NCBI GenBank assembly: GCA_951406725.2
Contig: OX597816.1
Coordinates: 63,178,001 to 63,242,000 of the forward strand
Length of the DNA: 64,000 nt
Reading direction: 5' to 3'
Source: Octopus vulgaris
Taxonomy: Eukaryota
Shown: positions 53,817 through 64,000 of the stretch, one piece after another
How the letters are laid out: the number at the start of each line of letters is the position of its first letter
How positions within the stretch are numbered: position 1 is the first letter of the stretch
The notes under the pieces: model-generated
Told to the model about the DNA's origin: nothing
Seen by the model: only the letters and a program-made list of their open reading frames with translations
The model's database searches: none
Position numbers and translations under genes: made by a program

Positions 53817-54223
53817 GTAGTTGTATACTGTCAACTTAATGTGACAGTCCCAAGAAGGGAATAATACTACTGCTATTTAGCCCTAGGAAGCAGCAACACT
53901 TCCTGTGGGCCTTAACACATTTCCTGTGTCCTTATGTTTGCAAGGGAGAGATAAGCACCACCACCCAGCTAAGCCTGCATTCAGAGACTAGTTTCTGAGT
54001 CTTTGCTCGTCTTCAGTCTGGAGTAGCATGGCTTGCTAGTTGGAGATGCCTATCTAGCCCTTGTAAACATATAATTATTCTAGTGAAATATGTTCACTGA
54101 TTTCAGAAGGACACAGGAAATGTGTCAAGGCCGACAGAAAGCAGTGCTGCTTCCTAGGGCTAAATAGCAGTAGCATTATTCCCTTGATGGAACTGTCACA
54201 TTAAGTTGACAGCACACAATTAC
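53817..54223. mobile_element. Foldback element: ~117-bp inverted arms around a hammerhead-containing loop
   Basis: Arms 53817-53933 and 54107-54223 are clearly reverse complementary (ctgtcaacttaatgtgacagt; ctactgctatttagccctaggaagcagca). Confidence 0.85.
53982..54020 (-). ncRNA. Minimal type I hammerhead ribozyme motif
   Basis: Minus strand reads caga-CTGAAGA-c-gag(caaaga)ctc-a-GAAA-ctag-TC-tctg; palindromic ACTAGT stem III, GUC cleavage triplet. Confidence 0.7.
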
Positions 54224-54776
54224 TTTATCATACCACTACTGCATAAATCTCTCTGAGAGATTTAGAAATGTATTATTACTAATAAATGCAGTTTTGCAAT
54301 TATTTAGAACCTTTCCATTGTGATATTTCAAATGAAATACACAGCTTACGTATTCCTCTTATCTATTAATTAATAGATAATAATAAAGATTTTAGCTGGA
54401 TTTAGTAAACTAACAGCTCTGTGATTAAGAATCTGGTTGCTTGGAATACAATTTGGAAAGTTCTTACATGACACTAAGATGTATTTTAATTTAAATATAA
54501 TCACCTCAAATTAGAAATAGTAGTTATTTTTGTTGTATCATGGGTTATTTTCTGTATATAATTATTTGTTGTTTTTTTTTCTCAATCATCACCATCATTA
54601 TTTTAGGTCTGCTTTCCATACTGGCATGGGTTGGATAGTTTTACAGGAGCTGGCTAGGTAGAAAACTGCACCATGCTTTGCTGTCTGTTTGGATGCTAGT
54701 TTATTTACATCTCTGTAACTTAGCAGTTCAGCAATATAAACCAATAAAATCAATACTAGACTTCTAAAAAAAAGTA

Positions 54777-55288
54777 CCATAAATCCTCAAGTATAATTCG
54801 CATTTTTCCCCCAAAATTTAAAGGTCAAAATCGCTAGTGTGTATTATATACGAGGTTGAAAATGAAAAATATTTTCTAAGCAATGTCCAAGTCTCTATTT
54901 TCTGTCCGGCAATGTTTAGTCAGACACATTTTGTGATGTCGGGCACGAAAATCCCTTAAGCTAAGCCTGAAAGCAATGAAGTCATAAAAGAATCATCCAT
55001 AACTTGCAGTAAGCAACATTTATTAAACGTTATTACTGTTATTTCTTTATTTTCTGCAAACAAAATGCACGAAAAAGCTATATGTTTGCATCATGTTATA
55101 TATACAATAATAATAAAGGACATTATCGTATACATTTTTACAAACCAAGGACGTTATATAGACCTCCTTGACTCAAGTTAGAGAAGGGGTGCGTATTATA
55201 CACAAGGTTTAGGTTTTTCAGAGGTACAGACCCCTAAAAATCCCCTGCGTATTATACTCAAGGGCGGACTATACTCAAGGATTTAAGA
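54777..55288. mobile_element. Non-autonomous Tc1/mariner (pogo/Tc2-like) DNA transposon inserted in a SINE B
   Basis: TIRs ccataaatcctcaagtata / tatactcaaggatttaaga, TA on the left flank, internal gcgtattatac repeats; host SINE B resumes at ~55291. Confidence 0.65.
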
Positions 55289-55851
55289 CACTAGGATCGA
55301 TTTGTTTGACTAAAATCCTTCGAGGAAGTGTACCAGCATGGCAGCAGTTCATTGAGTGAAACAAGTCAAATATAAAAAGATTAAAGATGAACTGAATTTT
55401 TCTCGTGATTGTAGATGAGTGTTCATTGTTTTTATTTTCAAAACTGGTTTGTAAAAATAAATGCAAGCCTTGCTGGCCTTCATTTATATGCAAAAGATAC
55501 AGCTCTTACATAATGGCCAGTTATTTTATTATTTATTTCCGGTTTTTTTTTCCCAATATATTTAATGGTATTTGCATTTCAATGGGATAAACACAATGCA
55601 AATATCTGAAACAGCTGTTTAGAAAGTTATTTCGTGCGTGCGTGCGTGTGTGTGTGTGACTGTTTGTGTGTGTGTGTGCATGCGTGCATTAGTGTACTTA
55701 TATGTATGTGTGTGTACATGTATATGTATGTTTGTGTATATATATATATATATATATGATGATGATATATATATGTATATGTATGTATATATATATATAT
55801 ATATATGTATCTATAGGCATGTATATATTTGCATGTATGCATTTATGTGTT

Positions 55852-55905
<54 letters not shown>

Positions 55906-55935
55906 TTATATATGCATATATTTGTGCTTGTGTGA

Positions 55936-55969
<34 letters not shown>

Positions 55970-56468
55970 CGTGTGAGGTGTGTTGTCTGTGTGTGTGTGT
56001 GTGTGTGTGAGTTTGTATGTATGAAACTTACTGCTAAATAAAAAGATGTCATCTGACACTTGATACCTGATTTTTCACTTCAGTGATGGGGGGGGTAGTG
56101 GCACTGAAGTCGTTGTTGCTGTTGTTGTCATCGGTGGTCCTAATGGGGTTAAAGAAATATATGTACCCAGAAAGAAAAAAATGCAAAACACAGAGCCAAA
56201 GAGCAAAGCAACCTGTGAAGTCATACAAAGCGAAAATATAATTTATTTTAGGGCTTCATTATAGCTTCTTTCGCAAATGTATTAAACTGACAGCGAAGGT
56301 TTCAAGTAGGCCATCACATGCAGATGCAGAAATGATGGTGTCACTACATGCTGAGAGTATTACAGAGAGAATGGAGAACACACACACACACACATATATA
56401 CGTATATATAAGTAAATATATATGTATATATATATATAAGTATATGTATATACATATACATATATATA

Positions 56469-56508
<40 letters not shown>

Positions 56509-56759
56509 TATATATTATATTAAATTAGAGACAAAACCATATATATATATAGGGTGAAAGTAAAAAGAAAAGTAAGTGAAAATGTACATTAGAAATTAAA
56601 AAAAGTAAAGGCTTTTTATGAAAAGTAACGATAGATATATACAATTAGATGAACTGAGGTAGGAATAAAAATAATACAAGGCATTATTGTGAATTGTTAA
56701 AGAGATTTAAAAGCATACCGGTTTCGTAAATTTATTAAATATATATATATATATATATT

Positions 56760-57028
56760 TACTTGCACTTGTGCCGGTGTGCTGGTGACATGTAAAAAAA
56801 AACATGATTTTTCTGTGGCCATTGCCAGTACCGCCTAACTGGCCCTCATACCGGTGGCACTTAAAAACACCCGCTACACTCTCGGAGTGGTTGGCGTTAG
56901 GAAGGGCATCCAGCTGTTGAAACTCTGCCAGATCAAGATTGGAGTCTGGTGCAGCCTTCTGGTTCGCCGGTCCTCAGTCAAATCATCCAACCTATGTTAG
57001 CATGGAAAGCGGACGTTAAACGATGATG

Positions 57029-57030
<2 letters not shown>
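56760..57030 (+). mobile_element. SINE family C
   Basis: Family C 3' half with (GAT)n tail. Confidence 0.8.
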
Positions 57031-57061
<31 letters not shown>

Positions 57062-57654
57062 ATGTGTGTGCATCCATATGTATACATATATACGCATATA
57101 TATGTACATGCACACTCACACACACACACACACATATACACATACATATATATATATATGTATATCAGACGCTTTCTAGAAGTCAACAAGGTAATTGATA
57201 GTAAATAAGAAAGGAATGTAAATGTCTGAATGTAGTATGTGTTTAATTGCCGAGAAGTAGCGGAGGGTGTGCGGAGGGAGGAATACATGACAAAACTTAT
57301 TGGAAATCTCAAAAAAATCTTTAAGAAACTGTTTGTTTTTTTTTCTTTTTCAATGTTTAGTCAGCGAGCTATTCAGTTTGTTTATGGCTTGTGTATCAAT
57401 ACAGTATTTGAATTTATATTTGGAAAAACAATCATTCATCTTTCCAGGAAACTATAGATTGGAAATGTTTAGTAGTTTAGTAGTTTGTGTATTGTTGTTG
57501 TTGTAATTCAGTCCGTTGTTGGCTCTTGCCAAGCTGAAGTATATTCAAAGACATTCAAGCTGTGACCATTCCTTTGCTTCTGGAGACCTCTGCCACCCGA
57601 GAAATAGTCCGCTCCGGTTAACGGATTCTATGTCTCCCTTATGCTTTTTTTAAG

Positions 57655-57839
57655 CATAGCTCTGTGGCAAGAAGCTTCTTTCGCAACCACATGGTTCCAG
57701 GTTCAGCCCCACTGTGTGGCACCTTGGACAAGTGTATTCTATTATAGCTCTACTATAGCCTTAGGCTGACTAAAGCCTTGTGAGTGGATTTGGTAGACGG
57801 AAACTGGAAGAAGCCCATCGTGTGTATGCGTGTGTGTGT

Positions 57840-57876
<37 letters not shown>

Positions 57877-58068
57877 CATAGGAGTGGCTGTGTGGTAAGT
57901 AGCTTGCTTACCAACCACATGGTTCCGGGTTCAGTCCCACTCCGTGGCACCTTGGACCAGTGTCTTCTACTATAGCTCTACTATAACCTTATGCTGACTA
58001 AAGCCTTGTGAGTGGATTTGGTAGATGGAAACTAGAAGAAGCCCATTGTGTGTATGCATGTGTGTGTG

Positions 58069-58115
<47 letters not shown>

Positions 58116-58505
58116 GCGTAGGAGTGGCTGTGTGGTAAGTAGCTTGCTTACCAACCACATGGTTCCGGGATCAGTCCCACTCCGTGGCACCTTGGGCAAG
58201 TGTCTTCTACTATAGCCACGGGCCGACCAAAGCCTTGTGAGTGGATTTGGTTGACAGAAAACTGAAAGAAGCCCGTCGTATATATGTATGTGTGTGTATA
58301 TGTTTGTGTGTCTGTCTTTGTCCCCACAACATCGCATGACCACTGATGTTTGTGTGTCCCCGTCACATAGCTGTTCGGCAAAAGAGAACCGATAGAATAA
58401 GTACTAGGCTTACAAAGAATAAGCCCTGGGGTCGATTTGCTCGACTAAAGGCAGTGCTCCAGCATGGCCACAGTCAAATGACTGAAACAAGTAATAGAGT
58501 AAAGA
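57655..58505 (+). mobile_element. Three tandem SINE B heads; only the last has a complete 3' end
   Basis: Heads at ~57655, ~57875 and ~58115 separated by (TA)n. Confidence 0.85.
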
Positions 58506-58535
58506 GTAATATATATATATATACACATATATATG

Positions 58536-58596
<61 letters not shown>

Positions 58597-58689
58597 AATA
58601 GCAGCATGTAGTTCCAGGTGAGACAAGCATTCCATTGTAAGGGTCTCAACGGACCCCACTTTTTTTTTCTAACTATTTGTGACAGTAGC

Positions 58690-59098
58690 TCTTTTTTTTT
58701 ACTTGTTTCAGTCATTTGACTGCGGCCATGCTGGAACACCGCCTTTAATCGAGCAACTCGACCCCAGGACTTATTCTTTTGTAAGCCCAGTACTTATTCT
58801 ATCGGTCTCTTTTGCCGAACCGCTAAGTAACGGGGACATAAACACACCAGCATCGGTTGTCAAGCAATGCTAGGGGGACAGACACAGACACACAAACACA
58901 CACACGCATATATATATATATATATATACAAATATACGACGTGCTTCTTTCAGTTTCCGTCTACCAAATCCACTCACAAGGCTTTGTCGGCCTGAGGCTT
59001 ATAGTTGAAGACACTTGCCCAAGGTGCCACGCAGTGGGAGTGAACCCGGAACCATGTGGTTGGTAAGCAAGCTACTTACCACACAGTCACTCCTGCGC
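58690..59098 (-). mobile_element. SINE family B, full length
   Basis: Reverse-complement copy ending cacagtcactcctgcgcc. Confidence 0.85.
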
Positions 59099-59904
59099 CT
59101 CCAATAGCTGTGTATATTTTAAGGGTACCCTATTATTTGTGTGTTACACAGTGATGACAGCGTTTCACATTTGAAAATAAAAATTGACCTGGTATATATA
59201 CTTGCAACATATGGAAGACATAAAGTCACACTGTATTCTTTAGAACGCGGTTGCTACAGACAATAACATAACCAAGGTACATGTACACATTGGAACATAA
59301 GCACGGCTGCCATACACACACACACACACATATGCAAACACATGCACATACACTCTGACTTGGCATTTCAGTTGCTTGTGTGTGTGTTTGGTGTGTATGC
59401 AAGTGTGTGTATGTGTGTGTGTGTGTGTGTGTGTGTACAGTGATCAACTTTGTGTGAACTGTAAATAATGTTGCTAGTGACAGCCACTGGCACCACCATC
59501 ATCTACACCACCACCACCTTCTACTACTACTACTACTGCTGCTGCTGCTGTGACTACAACTCAAAAGAGAACTTGTTTAATGGCTATGGTTTCTATATCT
59601 TCCCTTGCAAGCTCAAGCCATACAGTGACACATGGACTGGCACACACACACACACACACTCACTCACATGCACACACACACACATACATGCATATCCATG
59701 CAGACTTTTATATCCAATATGCATGCACACACTCATACTCAGTGGTACAAAAACATATATACACACTAACATGCATAAACACACACACACACACACACTG
59801 ACTGTCTGTCTTTCTCACTCACTCTCTCTCTCTCTGTATCTATCTATCTCTCTATCTACCTGTCTGTCTGTGTATCTATTTATCTGTTTATCTACCTTAT
59901 ATAC

Positions 59905-60140
59905 CTATTTCTTTATTACCCACAAGGGGCTAAACATAGAGGGGACAAACATGGACAGACATAGGTATTAAGTCGATTATATCGACCCCAGTGCTTAACT
60001 GGTACTTAATTTATCGACCCTGAAAGGATGAAAGGCAAAGTCGACCTCGGCGGAATTTGAACTCACAATGTAACGGCAGTCGAAATACCGCTAAGCATTT
60101 CGCCCGACGTGCTAACGATTCTGCTAGCTCACCGCCTTAA
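59905..60140 (-). mobile_element. SINE family A, full length, with 15-bp TSD
   Basis: atctaccttatatac at 59890-59904 and 60141-60155. Confidence 0.9.
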
Positions 60141-60943
60141 ATCTACCTTATATACTACTGGGATGGCTTCACAAGCAATGAGTGTGGGATTAGACTTCCA
60201 GTGTATATAAATAGGGGTACAACATCTCTTACTGACTAACCAACCAGCCAGCCAGCCAACCATCTCACCATCCAACTAGCCAATCTACTGAGCAATTTAC
60301 ACCCTCCCTGTCAACCAGTCAACCTATCAACCTAATTTGCCTACATGCTGACCAACTCACAAGCCTATCTACTAACTAAGCTCTCACTTGACCCTCCAAC
60401 CTAGTGGTACCATGACTTGTATCAGCCAATTCACATGACTCCCTCTTTACTGTCCTACCCGCTGATGAAGGAACTTCCATGTGCTCACTCAAGATGCTAG
60501 AAACACAAAGTTAAATTCCTTCAAATAGCACCATGGGTAGGTCAGGTCACAGTTATATTGTTTTTAATGGTCATAGGTTTTGTTAATTGGGGCTGACTGA
60601 CCTCAATTTAAATGTCACCAATATACCAACCATTATCACAGAACAGACTGAAAGATTGTTGCTGTCAGTCCAGAAACAGCTGTAGTGTTCGTTTATTCTA
60701 TAATTCTTTTATTTGTTTCAGTCATTCGACTGCAACCATGCTGGAGCACCACCTTAAAGGGTTTTAGTTGAAGAAATTGACCTCAGGATTTATTCTTTAT
60801 AAGCCTAGTATTTACTTTATCAGTCACTTTTGCTGAATCTCTAGCTTATGGGGATGTAAACACACCAACATCGGTTATCAAGCAATGGTGGGGGGGGGGC
60901 GAACATTACATACATACATACATACATACATACATTACATACA

Positions 60944-61012
<69 letters not shown>

Positions 61013-61131
61013 CATACATAGCCTGCTCACTTAGCGAGCAGGCTGGCGTCATTTGAAGGCTAAAAACAATGCGAAGCGCATTGTGACCAGCGATGTGTAG
61101 CAACATCTGATAGCCTGGTCAAAAATATATA

Positions 61132-61177
<46 letters not shown>

Positions 61178-61349
61178 ATGGGCTTCTTTCAGTTACTGTC
61201 TACCAGACCCTCTCCTCTGCTGTGAAGATGATGTTCTTGGCCACTTGCATGCTCTTTGTCTTCCTGGTGTTGATCTTGAAGCAAGCTTTCATGTTGTTAG
61301 GCTCACAAATAAAACCTTGTAGTAACATGAACTAGCAACCTCCTGAAAC

Positions 61350-61610
61350 CCCAATCAAGAGGAGGAATTGGGGTTGACTAGCACATATCCTACAGAAACC
61401 TTTCAAACATTATGAGGCAAGCCCTTTGATGGACTCACCAGGAGAGATGCAAACAGGGCAGACCAAAAGTAACATGAGGAAGGTCCACAGAAACTGAAGT
61501 GCTGGCAAGTGATTACACCTAGGGACAACTGAAATCCATTGCTGAAAATCAAGACAGATGGAGATCTCTTGTTGGTGACCAATATTCCATGTGGAGCTAG
61601 AGGATTAAGA
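61350..61610 (+). pseudogene. RTE-clade LINE 3' end, degraded
   Basis: IKRRNWG*LAHILQKP..NIMRQAL*W..Q....GRPK.T*...QL...A..QDRWRSLV fits the RTE C-terminal pattern. Confidence 0.7.
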
Positions 61611-62010
61611 AGTGGACATAGCAGTTTGGATGCTGGGCTCATGATTGTTGCATTGCGGGTTCAGTTCTCAGAGTAGGTGACGTATTTTGTCTTTGAGTAA
61701 GGTCCTTACATTTCATATTGCTCTTGGACACACAATCGGAAATGAGTACGAGTAACATATTGAGGAATAACACCCCACAACACTTAGGTGTCTAGTTCAG
61801 GAGTAAGCCTTGGACACCCGGCTTTAAATGCCTTGAAAATTGAGATAAACTCTGGTCTCTAGCATAGAGGCTGAATTCAAAGACAAGAGAATGTATCTTT
61901 ATCGCTTTCTGTGTGTGTGTGTATGAGCATGTCAATGTATATATTATATACACACACACATATATACACACATATATACACATATATATATACATGTGTA
62001 TGTATGTAAG

Positions 62011-62042
<32 letters not shown>

Positions 62043-62210
62043 CATGTAGGTATGTATGTATGTATGCATGTATGTATGTATATATATATATGTATATATA
62101 TGTGTCTGTGTGTGTTGAGAGAAAGGGAGATGTATGTATATACCTCTTTATCAGTTTGTTTTCTTTCACTTCCTTGCTCTATATTTTTTTTTTTGTTTTA
62201 TGTCTTTCTC

Positions 62211-62244
<34 letters not shown>

Positions 62245-63862
62245 GTCTCTCATTCGCTCTGCTTTTTTCTCCTTTTCTCTCCTTCTGTTTATTTTCCTTC
62301 TCCTTGTTGACAGATTTTTCTTTCTTTCTTTCTTTCTTTCATTCTGATCTGTTTGTTTTTCTTTCTTTCCTTCTCTTTTTCCTTCTTCCTTTCAAAACTC
62401 AATATCTTTTCAATGTTCAAATCTGTCTGTCTGTCTTCTGTCTGTCTTCTGTCTTTCTCTCCTCTTCCCCCCCTCACCCTAGTGACTTAATTACCTAGTA
62501 TTTACAATATCTCGTTACTATTTTAATTATTTTCTATTCTGTTCCTCTTCTTTACAGGGCAATAGGCCAAATATTTGTGGTGGTGGTGGTGATGGTAGTG
62601 GCGGTGGGGAGACAGATTTGACTGAATTAACCATCATTGCATTTCTTGTTGTTGTTGTTATATAACCCAAGTTCAGTGCTCATTGAGCATGTCTACGAGT
62701 AAAGGCATGCCAGTCATGACCATCACATCTTTTTGTTGTCTGGAACTACATTCTACATTCTACATTGCCCCTGTCTTTATTTAGGGTGGTCGTGTTGTGG
62801 TTTCAGCGAAATTTGGCTGCTCTTTCTAGCATATCGTGTGGCTTCTATGAAACTCCTTTGTTCTTATTGCTATTACAATTTAGTGTTGAGCTGGCAGAAT
62901 TGCTAGCATGCGGGGACCAAGCATGCTAAGCAGTATTTCATCTGTTTACGTTCTGAGTTCAAATTTCACTGAAGTTGCCCCTGCCTTTCATTCTTTTAGG
63001 GTCCATATATTAACCCTTAGGAGACAACAGGGTCAATCTGTCGGCTGAAAATTCATTAGTTCATTCAATTTCCTTCAAGAATATATATTATTTCTGTTTA
63101 TTTTCCTTCTCTTTGTTGACAGATATTTCTTTCTTTCTTTCTTTCTGATCTGTTTGTTTCTCTTTGTTTCTCTTTTTCTTCTTCTTTTCAAACTTGATAT
63201 CTTTTCAATGTTCAATGTTTCATTATATATATATATTATATATATATAATATATATATATTTCCTACAAGAATTTATATATTGTATTCTTCTTCTTCTTG
63301 TGCCTTTCTTGGGCCTGGTTTCCCCGGTTTCAATGGTGTGTGTTCCCCAGTTGGATGGGATGCCAGTCCATCGCAGCGTTACTCATTTTTGCCAGCTGAG
63401 TGGACTGGAGTAATATGAAATGGAGTGTTTTGCTCAAGAATACAACGTGTCGCCTGGTCCAGGAATCAAAACCACAATCTTACGATCATAATGCTGACAC
63501 CCTAACCACTAGGCCATGTGCCTCTACATATATTGTATTAGTTCATTCAATTTCCTACAAGAATATATATAGTTTTATATATGTAAAGTTATTACTTTAT
63601 TTTTTATAATTCTTATTGAAAAATAAGTGCGTGCCACCTGTGGGGCCTTTGAAAATGGTTCTGTCTTCTTGGCACTGAAACTCCAAATGAGGTTCTATCT
63701 CCAAAGGTTTAATTACCATATATTAAGATATATTAAGCTTTCAAAATTCACTCTGACACTGCCTACAAGCATAACATTGTGGATGGAGGTGCCGAAATGC
63801 AGTGCAGTCACCTAGAGATTCTGAGCATAATACCAGGCAAGGCACTAAGGTGAAATACAAGA

Positions 63863-63903
63863 CACCTGAAGAAGGCTGGAGAATACACAGCCAAACCATA
63901 GTG
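63863..63903 (+). ncRNA. Decayed hammerhead-like motif
   Basis: cac-CTGAAGA-a-ggctg(gagaataca)cagcc-aaac-cata-gtg; catalytic G12 is lost. Confidence 0.35.
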
Positions 63904-64000
63904 AAAAGCAACGATCAAGATGAGGACACCAGTCTCATTAATACACAATATATATAAATTCCCTATTTCAGAAATATAGAATGATATTATTAGTACCACT

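Noticed and set aside
56710-57172. Hammerhead 3' half (GAAACCGGTA, minus strand) with a possible 5' half at ~57160
   Set aside because: The 5' core is incomplete (ctgatac) and separated by a SINE and microsatellites.

Overview
AT-rich eukaryotic non-coding DNA (large intron or intergenic), saturated with (TA)n, (CA)n, (ATT)n and (GAT)n microsatellites and at least five SINE families. The repeat repertoire looks cephalopod/octopus-like (inference from recalled repeat sequences, not a database search). Nearly all ORFs in the track are microsatellite or SINE noise. The recognisable protein-coding sequence comes from retroelements: a 5'-truncated Penelope-like element (PLE) with a GIY-YIG endonuclease ORF flanked by ~285-bp inverted pseudo-LTRs (30.2-33.8 kb), two CR1-type LINE fragments, and R4/Dong-type, RTE and L1/Tx1-type fragments. 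One plausible host exon lies at ~48.28 kb. The most striking signal is a set of type I hammerhead ribozyme (HHR) motifs with palindromic stem III. They occur in both PLE pseudo-LTRs, in the loops of two unrelated short foldback elements (19.2 kb, 53.8 kb), as a solo motif with a long stem II insert (17.7 kb), and as a multi-copy family with a fixed A6U core variant. Several further foldback elements carry decayed or no cores. All coordinates and folds were read by eye; element boundaries are approximate unless a target-site duplication (TSD) or TIR is given.
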